From: an uncultured delta proteobacterium
Lineage (GTDB): Bacteria; Myxococcota_A; Polyangia; Fen-1088
Direction of reading: 5' to 3'
Length of the DNA stretch: 64,000 nucleotides
Assembly: GCA_963723955.1 (NCBI GenBank)
Contig: CAVRSU010000022.1
Span: 47,004-111,003 of the forward strand
Below, piece by piece: positions 21,072 to 30,937 of this stretch. Position numbers and translations under genes: made by a program. The first letter of the stretch is position 1. Each line of letters opens with the position of its first letter. The notes beneath the pieces were generated by a model. The model did not search any database and was not told where the DNA came from. It saw only the letters and a program-made list of their open reading frames with translations.

Positions 21072-22133
21072 CTAGTGGGACGACTGGCCCAAGGTCCTGG
21101 CCCGCACCAGCCACTCGGCAACCTGCTCGTAGAGCGCCTCGGGAATCTCGTCGCCCTCTTCCGCGGCCATGAGCGCGCGGGCAAGATCGGGGTCGGCAAA
21201 GACCGGCACACGGGCCGTTCGAGCGGCGTCCTCCATGGCTTGCGCAACCTTGCGCTCGCCCTTGACCAGCACCACCGGGGCTTGCGATCCGTCGCTCTCG
21301 TGGCGAACGGCGGCGGCCATGACCCCGGACTGGACAACGACGAAATCCGCCCTTGGCACATCACTCAACGCCTGCTCCTGCATGGTTTCACGATGAAGAC
21401 GCCGCCGCTCCGCCTTGTGAGCCGGCTCGCCCTCGATCTCCCTGTGCTCACGCTTTACCTCGTCCCGGCTCATAAGCAACGCTTTCCCGTGTCGGTGTCG
21501 TTGCCAAAAGTAGTCGACGATTCCCATCGCCAGCATGGCCAACGTCAGGTGAAACCCCAGGCGCCGGCCGACAATACCAAGTACGCGCAGCGCTTGTCCC
21601 GCGCTTGTCCCGCCAAGGCCGGCGATCGCCGATAGGGCGGGACGGATGGACCAAGTGGCGACAGAAAAGAGAAGCGCCACGCTCAGCACCCCCTTGCCCG
21701 CCTCGATCATCCTGTTGTGCCCAAACACCTTGCCGAGGGAAGGCAGCATCCTCCTTGCCTCCGGTCGCAGTGGCCGAGCGGTCACGAGCCCTCTCGTCTG
21801 CGCAAGAGCCGCGAGACACGCCATCAGCCATAGCGCGCCTAGCGGGAGAGCCAGCATCACCGCCGCCACCTCGAATCCGGTCCTTGCGGCTTCCGGGATG
21901 GAGAACGACTTGGTCGTGCCCACCAGCGCCTCGCGCATCGCCAGAACCAATTGCGCCGTCGCAGCCTGCGCGGTCGCGATCAGCACGCCACAGGCCGTGG
22001 CCATGGCCAGTGCCGCGGCGAGATCTCGGCTGATCGCTATTTGGCCGGAGCGGTGCGCCTGCTCGATCCGCCGCGGCGTTGGCGCTTCGGTCCTCTCTTC
22101 TGGAGATGCGTCAGCCATAGCGAACCCAGCCAA
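21072..22133 (-). CDS. flhB: FlhB/SctU family type III export-gate protein, NPTH motif absent
   Basis: ERTEAPTPRRIEQA N-terminus, 4 TM segments, MSRDEVKREHREIEGEP linker; QSGV where NPTH is expected (21321-21332); ATG at 22118 is an alternative start. Confidence 0.8.
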   Translation of the reverse strand: MAGFAMADASPEERTEAPTPRRIEQAHRSGQIAISRDLAAALAMATACGVLIATAQAATAQLVLAMREALVGTTKSFSIPEAARTGFEVAAVMLALPLGALWLMACLAALAQTRGLVTARPLRPEARRMLPSLGKVFGHNRMIEAGKGVLSVALLFSVATWSIRPALSAIAGLGGTSAGQALRVLGIVGRRLGFHLTLAMLAMGIVDYFWQRHRHGKALLMSRDEVKREHREIEGEPAHKAERRRLHRETMQEQALSDVPRADFVVVQSGVMAAAVRHESDGSQAPVVLVKGERKVAQAMEDAARTARVPVFADPDLARALMAAEEGDEIPEALYEQVAEWLVRARTLGQSSH

Positions 22134-22916
22134 TCATGGACGAATCTGAAACAGCGCTCCCAGGAGCTCGAAAAAGCCTCGAAAGCCACTCTGTAATGCG
22201 ATGTCCGTACTGGCCAGCCCTAGCAAGACCGCGCCCACGCCCAGCAATGCCTTGAGTGGCAATCCGATGAAATAGAGCGGGATCTGCGGGACGGCTCGCC
22301 CCACCACGCCGAGCACGATGTCGGCAAGTAACAACGCAACGAGGGCGGGCGCACACAATCCAATGGCCGATTCAATGAGCTTCGCCGATGCCGCGATGGC
22401 GACCATCGCCATGGCGTGGGGACTGCCCGCGAAGCCCATGGGCGAGATCAGCGGAATGGCCTCGTAGCTACGCGCCAGCGCCGCGGTCAGATGCACGGGC
22501 CCGCCGATCTCGAAAAACACGACGACGGCCAGTAGGATCATCAAGGCACCCAAGGGGCTGCTCTTGCCCGCACCCATGGGCGAGAGGGCCTCGGACATAC
22601 TGGCTCCGCGCAAGACGTCCGTAAGATAACCGGCGGCCTCGGCGGCGCGAAACATGCACGCGCCAACGAATCCCATCACGATTCCCACCATCACCTCGCG
22701 GCCAAGGAGTAGCCCCCACAAAACCACGCCACCCGACGGCGCACCACTGGCAAGCACCGGCAAGCACAAGAACGAAAGACCGATCCCCATCGCCAAGCGA
22801 ATCTGCCCCGGCAAGTGCGGGCCCCCGAACACGGGGATGGACCACACGATGGGAATCGTGCGCGCGGCTCCCATGGCGAGCAGGCCAAGGAAGTGGTGGA
22901 CATCCGTTGGGGACAA
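22134..22916 (-). CDS. fliR: FliR/SctT family export-gate protein
   Basis: 260-aa polytopic protein in canonical position between FliQ and FlhB; TTG start uncertain. Confidence 0.7.
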   Translation of the reverse strand: MSPTDVHHFLGLLAMGAARTIPIVWSIPVFGGPHLPGQIRLAMGIGLSFLCLPVLASGAPSGGVVLWGLLLGREVMVGIVMGFVGACMFRAAEAAGYLTDVLRGASMSEALSPMGAGKSSPLGALMILLAVVVFFEIGGPVHLTAALARSYEAIPLISPMGFAGSPHAMAMVAIAASAKLIESAIGLCAPALVALLLADIVLGVVGRAVPQIPLYFIGLPLKALLGVGAVLLGLASTDIALQSGFRGFFELLGALFQIRP

Positions 22917-22929
22917 GGCGCGGAGCTCC

Positions 22930-23208
22930 CTAGCGAATCATGGGAATGGCTAAAAGCAGGGCCTGCGCAAAGCGCACCACTTGAGCCCCAAGAAACGGCC
23001 CCGACACAAGCAGCACGAGCAGCACGGCGACCAACTTGGGTACGTACGCGACGGCCGGGTCTTGAATCTGGGTGGCGGCTTGGAGGACGCCGACCACGAG
23101 ACCAACGACCAAACTAGCAAGAAGCGCAGGTGCCGAGACGAGCAGCACGAGAATCAGGCCTTCGCGAACTGCGCGCAAAACGACGTCGGCGGCCGCCAAG
23201 TTAGACAT
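22930..23208 (-). CDS. fliQ: FliQ/SctS family export-gate protein
   Basis: 92 aa, two-helix hairpin, canonical size and position. Confidence 0.8.
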   Translation of the reverse strand: MSNLAAADVVLRAVREGLILVLLVSAPALLASLVVGLVVGVLQAATQIQDPAVAYVPKLVAVLLVLLVSGPFLGAQVVRFAQALLLAIPMIR

Positions 23209-23920
23209 AGCTTTCCACCAGCCCTCGCAAAAGAAGCTGCCAGCCGTCTGCGAGCACGAAGAGCAGCAACTTGAACGGCAACGACACCGTCGTGGGCGAG
23301 AGCATGTGCATACCCAAAGCGAGCAACAAGTTCGAGATCACCACGTCCACCACCAGAAACGGGATGAACAGAAGCAAGCCTATCTCGAAGGCCCGCCGCA
23401 GCTCCGAGGCGAGAAACGCCGGAACCAGCACAAGGAAATCGCGATCCGTGATGCCGGCTCGCTCGTCGGAAGCTCGCATGCGCAAAGCCATGGCATGGAA
23501 CAGGCTGCGATCCCTGGGCGACGCATGTTTGAGCAGAAACTCGCGCAGAGGCTCCTTGGCTTTGTCGGCCGCACCGCCAAGCACCTCAAGGCTTTGTCCA
23601 CTGACGAGCTCCGCGCTCGTGCCCCGTGCGAGGTCCGGCTCGATGGCGCGAAACATGCGCTCGCCGGTCGGCGCCATGACGTACAACGTGAGAATCAACG
23701 CGAGTCCAGTGATAACCTGCGACGGCGGAATCTGGGGCGCACCGAGCGCACTCTTCAAGATCGAGAGCACGACCGCGATCTTCACAAAGCTGGTCATGAG
23801 CAGGAGGACAAAGGGCAGAATCGAAACCGCCGCCATGGCGATGAAGAGCAGCACCGGCCTCGAAGCCAGCCCCTGGGTTCTGTCCACGTTTGAGACGGCG
23901 GCAGCCAGCAGCGGGCTCAT
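23201..23920 (-). CDS. fliP: FliP/SctR family export-gate protein
   Basis: 239 aa; MTSFVKIAVVLSILKSALG and PFKLLLFVLADGW segments typical of FliP. Confidence 0.85.
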   Translation of the reverse strand: MSPLLAAAVSNVDRTQGLASRPVLLFIAMAAVSILPFVLLLMTSFVKIAVVLSILKSALGAPQIPPSQVITGLALILTLYVMAPTGERMFRAIEPDLARGTSAELVSGQSLEVLGGAADKAKEPLREFLLKHASPRDRSLFHAMALRMRASDERAGITDRDFLVLVPAFLASELRRAFEIGLLLFIPFLVVDVVISNLLLALGMHMLSPTTVSLPFKLLLFVLADGWQLLLRGLVESYV

Positions 23921-24276
23921 CGGCCGCGCCTCCGCAATACCCTGGCGAGCACCTCGGCAAAGCCCGATGCGGATTTCTCACCACTGGTCGGCGGGGTGGG
24001 AAGCGCAGTCTTGTCGATCTCGGCGAGCAGGCTCATGGCGCCTTCGCCTACCCCCACAAGGAAGCAGCGGCCCCCGACCTCGATCACGTAGACAGAGCGC
24101 CGTGGTTCGAGGAAGCAACGACCACGGATGCGGACACAGTCGTCGGAACGTCCCACGCCTTTTCGGTTGAGCCAGCGCAAGACGAAGTACGCGACGAAAC
24201 AAACCGCGGCCAGCGAAACCAATGACAACGCAAGCGAACTCCCCAAGCTGGGAAGATCAGATCCCGGCGCACCCAT
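23917..24276 (-). CDS. fliO: FliO-like single-pass membrane protein
   Basis: 119 aa, one TM helix, then RSVYVIEVGGRCFLVGVGEGAMSLLAEI resembling the FliO core; ATGA overlap with fliP. Confidence 0.55.
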   Translation of the reverse strand: MGAPGSDLPSLGSSLALSLVSLAAVCFVAYFVLRWLNRKGVGRSDDCVRIRGRCFLEPRRSVYVIEVGGRCFLVGVGEGAMSLLAEIDKTALPTPPTSGEKSASGFAEVLARVLRRRGR

Positions 24277-24452
24277 ACCTCGGACTTACCGCCAGTGCAC
24301 GCCGTATGTCAACGGCGCGGATTAAGCCGACGGTTGCAACCACGGCCTCCTGCGGCTATCACGGGATTAGGGGGCACAATGCCGGCTAGGAATTCTCAAG
24401 CCCGTGTGCTAGCAAACTGCTCGCTGCAGAGGTTCTTCGAGGAGAAACGAGC

Positions 24453-26455
24453 ATGGATTCATTGACCCAACTTGCCATCAACACGATTCGCCTACTTTCC
24501 GTCGACGCGGTCCAGAAGGCGAATTCCGGCCATCCCGGCCTCCCCATGGGCGCGGCACCCATGACCTATGTGCTGTGGCAGAGACACTTGCGCCACAACC
24601 CCAAGAATCCGAAGTGGCCGGATCGCGATCGCTTCGTGCTCTCCGCCGGACACGGCTCCATGCTGCTCTATTCGATGTTGCACCTCACCGGCTATGACCT
24701 GGCCCTCGACGAGCTCAAGGCCTTCCGCCAATGGGGCTCGCGCGCCCCCGGACACCCCGAGTCGTTCTGCACGCCGGGCGTCGAAGCCACCACGGGACCG
24801 CTTGGGCAGGGCGCGACCAATGCCGTTGGCATGGCCATGGCAGAACGTTTTCTGGCCGGCCGCTACAACCGGCCCGGACACACCATCGTCGACCACAGGA
24901 CCTATGCGCTGGTCGGCGATGGCGACATGATGGAAGGCATCACCCACGAAGCCGCTGCGCTCGCCGGTCATCTCAAGCTGGGCAAGCTGGTCTGGCTGTA
25001 CGACGACAACAAGATCTCGCTCGACGGTCCTACCTCGCTGCACTTCAGCGAAGACGTGGGCAAGCGCTTCGAGGCCTACGGTTGGCACGTACAAAAAATC
25101 GACCGCGGCGACACCGACATCGACGGCATCGACGGGGCCATTGCCGCCGCCAAGGCCGACCCACGCCCGTCGCTGATCATGGTCCACACCACCATCGGAT
25201 GTGGATCGCCCCACAAGGCCGGGACGTCCGAGGCCCACGGATCCCCGCTCGGTCCCGACGAGGTCAAGCTGACCAAGTCTGCTCTGGGGTGGGATCCCGA
25301 AAAGCAGTTCTTCGTGCCCGAAGAGGCCAAGCACCATTTGCTTTCCGCCGTCGAGCGCGGCGCCGCCGCCGAGGCCGCATGGCAAAAGACATTCGACGCT
25401 TGGGCCAGCCGCCAACCCGACCCTGGCTGCCGAATGGAAACTGGCGCAAAGGGGCGAGTTGCCCGCGGACTGGGATGCCGCGATTCCCACCTTCACCATC
25501 AAGGATGAACCCGGCCACGCGCGTTTCCGGCGGCAAGGTGCTGGCCGCCATCGCCAGCAAGGTGCCGTGGTTCCTGGGCGGCGACGCCGACCTTTCGTGC
25601 TCGACCATGACCGGCCTGCCTGGCCTGGGCGACTTCTCGGGCGAAACCGGACTTGGCCGCAACATCCACTACGGCGTACGCGAGCACGCCATGGGCGCCA
25701 TCGCCAACGGCATGGCCTACCACGGCGGCGTGCGCTCGTTCACCGCCACGTTCTTCGTCTTTTCCGACTACGAGCGCCCCGCCATTCGCATGGCGGCCAT
25801 CAGCAAGTTGCCCGTGATTTTCGTGTTCACCCACGACTCCATCGGCGTGGGCGAGGACGGCCCGACCCACCAGCCGGTCGAGCACCTGGCGGCCCTGCGC
25901 GCAATCCCGAACATGCTGGTCATTCGCCCGGCCGACGCCAACGAGACGGCGCAGGCCTACCGCGTGGCCATGAAACGCAACGATGGTCCGGTGGCAATCA
26001 TTCTCACGCGGCAGAAGATGCCCACCTTCGATCGCGACAAGATGGCGCCGGCCGCTGGGCTGGCCAAGGGCGCGTACGTTCTCAGCGAGGCAGCCGGCGG
26101 TCCTCCTCAGGTGATCCTTATCGCCACCGGTAGCGAAGTTGCCTTGCCGTCGGCCGCGCAGGAAAAGCTCGTGGCGGGTGGTATCCGCGCGCGCGTGGTG
26201 TCGATGCCGTGCTGGGAGCTGTTCGCGGAGCAGAGCGCTGAATACCGCGACTCGGTCATTCCGCGCGACGTCCCGGCCCGAGTTTCCATCGAGGCTGGCG
26301 TCAGCCTGGGTTGGCACCGGTGGGTGGGTGATCGCGGCGTGGTCATCGGGCTCGACCGATTCGGCGCATCGGGCCCCGGCTCCGTACTGGTCAAGCAGTT
26401 TGGATTCACTGCAGACAACATCGTTCGCGCAGCTCTTAGCCTAGTGAAACCATGA
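24453..26455 (+). CDS. tkt: Transketolase, frame disrupted (shifts at about 25421-25423 and 25510-25516)
   Basis: [13 protein letters not shown] (TPP-binding) in frame 0; [12 protein letters not shown] in frame +1; [10 protein letters not shown]...[16 protein letters not shown] in frame +2. Confidence 0.9.
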
Positions 26456-27027
26456 TTCGAGCCGCCGTCCGTACCCTGTGTGTGCGCACTCTGTGCATCG
26501 CAACGCTGCTTGGTTGTATGGCTTCCTCGGCGCGAGCCGCGGATATGCAGCCTCCGACGGTGTTCGACGGGGCCTACCAGGGATTGCTCGTCGGCGGCTT
26601 GGCAGGCCTGTCGGTCGGCTATCTGTTCGCCCGGCAGAACGGCTGGCACAGCTCAAGCGACTGGAAGCCGCTGGTCTACGGCGCCGGCATCGGCGCGCTC
26701 ACCGGGAGCGTGCTCGGCCTGACATTGGGTATTGTGGACGTGTCTCAGGGCAAGCCAGGCCGCAACGGCTATGTCATGCGCGACGGCCTCTACGGGGCGG
26801 GACTCGGCGCGGTTCTGGGTGGCATCGCGGGCGGGCTGGCCGCAATCTCGTCCAAGAAAGGCGAGCACATCCTCCTCGGCGGATCCATCGGCGTGCTGTC
26901 AGGCGCGTGCCTCGGCATGGGCGTCGGTTTCGTCGAGGGCTACCGCAAATACTCGGCCGCCGTGGCGCCAGTTCAGCAGGCCGACGGCAGCGTCACCTTC
27001 GTGCCTGCTGTCGCAGGTCGGTTCTAG
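26452..27027 (+). CDS. Glycine-rich (glycine-zipper-like) membrane protein with signal peptide
   Basis: 191 aa; ATGA overlap with the tkt stop; repeated GxxxG/GLGA segments; no family recognised. Confidence 0.45.
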   Translation: MIRAAVRTLCVRTLCIATLLGCMASSARAADMQPPTVFDGAYQGLLVGGLAGLSVGYLFARQNGWHSSSDWKPLVYGAGIGALTGSVLGLTLGIVDVSQGKPGRNGYVMRDGLYGAGLGAVLGGIAGGLAAISSKKGEHILLGGSIGVLSGACLGMGVGFVEGYRKYSAAVAPVQQADGSVTFVPAVAGRF

Positions 27028-27046
27028 GGCCTGTCCTCAAACTCAT

Positions 27047-27198
27047 GCTAGCCCCAATGCCGGTCAGTTAAGGGAAGAACAGGGAGGAACGGAGCATCAG
27101 AGGCGTACAAGAGTTGGCGGAAGTCCATGGTTTCTCCGGCTCAGTTCCTCTGGTTATCCCAGTTGATCCCTCTTGAGTGACCGGCATTGATGCTAGCT
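27047..27198. repeat. Long imperfect inverted repeat (MITE-like or structured RNA)
   Basis: Arms GCTAGCCCCAATGCCGGTCAGTTAAGGGAAGAACAGGGAGGAACGGAGC and GCTCAGTTCCTCTGGTTATCCCAGTTGATCCCTCTTGAGTGACCGGCATTGATGCTAGC; perfect 12-bp core CAATGCCGGTCA / TGACCGGCATTG. Confidence 0.45.
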
Positions 27199-27244
27199 CC
27201 AGCTAGGAGCCTTGGCGAGCACGCCAAACCTCTCACTCAGCGGG

Positions 27245-27460
27245 TCAGCGCATCGGAGGCACATCTGGCGGCTCATGCCGTGACGCTTCGAATTGACGCA
27301 TTCGATCCTTGATTTCTTCTAATTCCCGCTCGACAAAAGCTATCCGGTCCAGGGTGCAGTCAGTGCCCGAGTAATTCAGTGCTTCTGACCACGTCGCCAC
27401 TTTGTTCATCAGACGACGAAACGTCCCGGGTCCCCCGCTCATGTCAGTTGTCATGGTCAT
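27245..27460 (-). CDS. Hypothetical 71-aa protein, translationally coupled to the upstream TetR gene
   Basis: ATGA stop/start overlap with the TetR ORF; no family recognised. Confidence 0.35.
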   Translation of the reverse strand: MTMTTDMSGGPGTFRRLMNKVATWSEALNYSGTDCTLDRIAFVERELEEIKDRMRQFEASRHEPPDVPPMR

Positions 27461-28113
27461 TTCCTCAGCGAATTGTTTCCGATAACCCGTAAGACGCCAC
27501 GCGGCAGGAGAACCAATTCGGCGGCTTCCTCAGCATCTTTGAGAAGCGTCTTGCGTGGCGTGCCTATCTGCGCACGCGTGGTCAGCCCACGCGCTAGATC
27601 CGTGACTTGGGTTGCGCGCGTGGCTACGGGAAAGTCAGATGGGATTTCTCCCGCGCTGATCCCGTCCCGGAAACGACGTTCCACTAGCGCCACGCCGCCA
27701 GCCGCTGCGTTCTGTAGGAACTGCCGGACCTCAGCGTCGTTCACAAGCGGCGCGACGCACACGAGAAGACAGCCCGGGGCAGAACCTTTCTCGGTCGCAC
27801 TTTCTACGGCCTGCCTCATGAAGCTGGCGAGCGAGTCGCGAAGAGTCCCCGGCGAGAGGAGTGCTTTGGCTGCGAGAGCGCCCTTCCTCTCTGCATACGC
27901 CTTGAGGGCACGCATGAATATCGTGCGCTTGTCCCCGAAAACGGAATACAGGCTCGGACGTCCCACACCCATCCCGGCGACGAGATCGTCGATCGTCACT
28001 CCGTCGTAGCCCTTCGACCGAAACACCTGGGTCGCCTTTTCTAGCGCGTCCCTCTCGTCGAAGCTGCGCGGTCGACCCCGCGGCTTAGGCGTATTTTGAA
28101 TCATTTGGTTCAA
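27457..28113 (-). CDS. TetR/AcrR family transcriptional regulator
   Basis: N-terminal HTH (VTIDDLVAGMGVGRPSLYSVFGDKR); ATG at 28104 is a possible true start. Confidence 0.85.
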   Translation of the reverse strand: MNQMIQNTPKPRGRPRSFDERDALEKATQVFRSKGYDGVTIDDLVAGMGVGRPSLYSVFGDKRTIFMRALKAYAERKGALAAKALLSPGTLRDSLASFMRQAVESATEKGSAPGCLLVCVAPLVNDAEVRQFLQNAAAGGVALVERRFRDGISAGEIPSDFPVATRATQVTDLARGLTTRAQIGTPRKTLLKDAEEAAELVLLPRGVLRVIGNNSLRK

Positions 28114-28119
28114 AACTCA

Positions 28120-28148
28120 TTGACAATGGCCATCGCACCAAACATATA
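28120..28148 (+). promoter_or_regulatory. Candidate sigma-70 promoter TTGACA-N17-CATATA for the SDR gene, in the TetR divergent region
   Basis: TTGACA at 28120-28125, CATATA at 28143-28148; flanked by TTTGGTT/AACCAAA inverted half-sites. Confidence 0.3.
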
Positions 28149-28228
28149 TAACCAAACAGTTAGAAATTAGCAAGCCGGTCCTATCCTCGCGGGGCCTCAC
28201 GACTCTGCCTTCACCCTTCACCACGGAG

Positions 28229-29209
28229 ATGCTCATGGAACATTCGATTGCGCTCGTCACCGGCACCACCTCCGGGCTCGGTTATGCGGCAGCCCGCACT
28301 CTTGCCGGAGAGGGCTGGCGCGAGATCATCGTCACCGGGCGCAGCCTGGCCCGGGTCCAGGAAACGGCCGCTCAACTCGCGGCTGAGACCAAGACACAGG
28401 TTTTCACGCCGCTGGAGCTGGATCTGGACACGCCGTCCAGCGTTCAGTCCGCGCTCGCCGAGCTGGTCAAGCGAGGTCGGCCGGTCGATTTCCTACTGCT
28501 CAATGCAGGGATGGTTCCAGGTAAGAAGCGCGTGCTCACTGCGGCGGGCGTCGAGGCTTCTCAGGCACCGCTCATCGGCCATCATCAACTGACTATCGGG
28601 TTGCTCCGCGCCAACCTGCTGAGCCCCAACGCGCGGATTGTCATCGCCGGCGCGGAACCTGCCCGTGGGGGCGTGCCGATGTTCAGCTACACCGATGTAC
28701 CAGCCTTCGCGGCCAAATACTTCCGGGGAGACCGGACCGCCGCTATCGAAGCCCTGATTCGCAACGGGCCAAACGTGAAGTACGTGCCCAACAATACGTA
28801 TGCCGACGCGAAGCTCATTATCGCTTGGTGGGTCGCGGCGCTGGCGCGCCGGCTACCCTCCGGCATGGCCGTGTACGCTGTCTCGCCCGGTGGGGCGACC
28901 GCCACCAAGGTGGTGCGAAACGCTGGCCCGGCGTTGAAGTATTTGTTTATCCCAATCGTGAACCTCATTCCCGGCATGAATCAGACGCCGGAGACCGCGG
29001 CCCGTCGGTACCTCCAGGCGTCGGAGTTCGGAACCGACGTCTCAGGGCAATTCTTCGCCTCGGCTAAAGGGAAGTTCTCAGGCCCAATTGAGGTGCAGCG
29101 CCAGCCTCACCTCTACGATCGCGCCAGCCAGGAAGCCGCGTGGCAGGCCGTCGTCAAGGTCTCCGGCGTCGACTTCTCCTCCGCAGCACCCTTGAGCGCG
29201 GTGTCCTGA
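28229..29209 (+). CDS. SDR family NAD(P)-dependent oxidoreductase
   Basis: ALVTGTTSGLGYAAA (TGxxxGxG) near the N-terminus, YADAK (YxxxK); divergent from TetR. Confidence 0.8.
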   Translation: MLMEHSIALVTGTTSGLGYAAARTLAGEGWREIIVTGRSLARVQETAAQLAAETKTQVFTPLELDLDTPSSVQSALAELVKRGRPVDFLLLNAGMVPGKKRVLTAAGVEASQAPLIGHHQLTIGLLRANLLSPNARIVIAGAEPARGGVPMFSYTDVPAFAAKYFRGDRTAAIEALIRNGPNVKYVPNNTYADAKLIIAWWVAALARRLPSGMAVYAVSPGGATATKVVRNAGPALKYLFIPIVNLIPGMNQTPETAARRYLQASEFGTDVSGQFFASAKGKFSGPIEVQRQPHLYDRASQEAAWQAVVKVSGVDFSSAAPLSAVS

Positions 29210-29345
29210 AGGAGCGCCGGTCGCTGCGAAATGGTTGCGGCCACCAGAATCAGCAGGCGATTGTGGAGCTACATGGTCGTCCACAGGGTCCTACAGTATT
29301 TTGAAATAACTAGGTCTTTCGTCTGGACACCGTCAGCAAAGACCT

Positions 29346-29960
29346 CTACGGCTTCTTTTCGGCCATGCTGGCCTTCTCGTGGGCCTTCTCGTCTTTGCTC
29401 CAGGGCGGCGTGATCTTGTTGGCCCGCGCATAGGCCACGGACTGCCCAAGGTGCTCATTGAGATGGCCGCTAAGCGCGATCAACACCGCACGGACCGACA
29501 TGTCGTGCCCGAAAAAGTTCACCGTCTTGTCGAGATCGGCGTCGGAAACTGCCCCGACCGCATTGTGCACATGCGCGAACGAGGCTTCGAGGATCTTCTT
29601 GATCTCGGCCTTGTCCTTCGTCTTCTTGTCCCACTTGGCCGGATTCATCTCAAAGCCCGCCTCGGCCGGCGGCTCTTTGCCTGTCACGAACTTGATCATG
29701 GCGTAGTTGCCGAAGGCAATGTGCAGGTAGGCCTCGGCGATCGAGCGCACGCCAGGCATCGGCCGCCAGTCGAACTTGTTCTGCGGCACAGCCTCTTCCA
29801 GGTCGAGCACCTTCTTCTCGGCATCGCTGTACACGCCCAGCAAGTCGCGCTGGAACGCGCCCTTGGCTGGAGCGGCCGGTGGGGCAGCCGCATGCGCGGC
29901 AGCAGCGACCACTCCGAGTACAAGACCGGCCATCGTTGTGGTACGAATGACATTCTTCAT
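29346..29960 (-). CDS. DinB-family (four-helix bundle) secreted protein
   Basis: True start MKNVIRTTTMAGL... at ATG 29960 with AAGGAG RBS; signal peptide; HIAFGNY and SGHLNEHLGQ histidine motifs. Confidence 0.7.
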   Translation of the reverse strand: MKNVIRTTTMAGLVLGVVAAAAHAAAPPAAPAKGAFQRDLLGVYSDAEKKVLDLEEAVPQNKFDWRPMPGVRSIAEAYLHIAFGNYAMIKFVTGKEPPAEAGFEMNPAKWDKKTKDKAEIKKILEASFAHVHNAVGAVSDADLDKTVNFFGHDMSVRAVLIALSGHLNEHLGQSVAYARANKITPPWSKDEKAHEKASMAEKKP

Positions 29961-30052
29961 CAGGATCTCCTTGTTGAATTGCGCTATAGATGCGTCCCTT
30001 GGATGCCGACGGGGCAGCTCGGGAACAAGGAATCCGATGGGGGAGTCAGCCC

Positions 30053-30937
30053 CTATAGTGCCCTGCGCCGAAACTCGCTGAACTTGTTGCTGGCGCTGTC
30101 GTGGGCGTAGGTGATGACGGTGATGGCGGCTTCGGCAATCTCGAAGATGTGGTAGCGCGAACGCCGATCGGACGGGCCATCGTAGGAAGCCGATCCCGCC
30201 CCCACCACGGGAATGCGTGCGCCACCTGGTCCGGGCAGCTCGTTGAAGTAGTCGCGATGATCGTGACCGTGCAGCACCAAATCGGCGCCAGTACGGGCGA
30301 GCAAGGCCTGCACGGCGGTGCGATCGCGCAGGTTGCGCTCTTCGCCGTGGCGGTTCACCAGCGGCGGGTGGTGAATGAGGACCACGCGCCGGCGGCTCTT
30401 CACCTCGGGCGCGGTCAAGAGCGACTCCAGACGAGCGAGCTGACTTGCGCCGACCCGACCCCAGGCGCCGGCGTCGCCCGTGGGCACGCCGGTGCTCGTG
30501 CACACGAGCGCGACATCGCCACGCAGGCGTACGAAAGGATAAACGGCGTTGTCCGCGCGCAACTCCGCCGTTTGATAGGGGGCGAACATGCGCTCAAACA
30601 CGCCGTCGGTCACCACCTGGGCCACGTAGGCGTCGTGGTTGCCCGGAATCACGGTCACCCGATCCGCCGGAAGCTTCGTGGCCTCGATCCAGCGCAAGGC
30701 CGCGGCCCACTCGGATTCGAGCGCGATGTTGCACAGATCGCCGGTGAGGGCGAGATGGTCCACGCCTCGCGACGGCAAGTCTTCCAGCAGGGCCTGCAGA
30801 AGTGCCATGTTGTGTTTTCGCCGCCGCATGAGCAAAAGGTTCAGCCCGCCGAGGGCGCGCTTGCCCAGAAAGTCGCGCAGCTTGATGTTGCGAAAGCTCT
30901 GAAAGTGCGGGTCGCTGACTTGGGCGAGGCGAAACAT
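30053..30937 (-). CDS. Metallophosphoesterase (calcineurin-like)
   Basis: SDPH, GDLCN, GNHD, HHPP, GHDH motifs in canonical order. Confidence 0.8.
   Translation of the reverse strand: MFRLAQVSDPHFQSFRNIKLRDFLGKRALGGLNLLLMRRRKHNMALLQALLEDLPSRGVDHLALTGDLCNIALESEWAAALRWIEATKLPADRVTVIPGNHDAYVAQVVTDGVFERMFAPYQTAELRADNAVYPFVRLRGDVALVCTSTGVPTGDAGAWGRVGASQLARLESLLTAPEVKSRRRVVLIHHPPLVNRHGEERNLRDRTAVQALLARTGADLVLHGHDHRDYFNELPGPGGARIPVVGAGSASYDGPSDRRSRYHIFEIAEAAITVITYAHDSASNKFSEFRRRAL

Noticed and set aside
21072-24276. Complete injectisome or flagellar locus
   Set aside because: Only the five gate genes are present. No FlhA/SctV, ATPase, secretin, needle, rod or hook genes occur in the window, so I report it as an orphan module.
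24731-25500. N-terminal 250 aa of the 574-aa ORF 24731-26455
   Set aside because: Arg/Pro-rich nonsense overlapping the genuine transketolase N-terminal domain in frame 0. Only the part after about 25515 is real tkt sequence.
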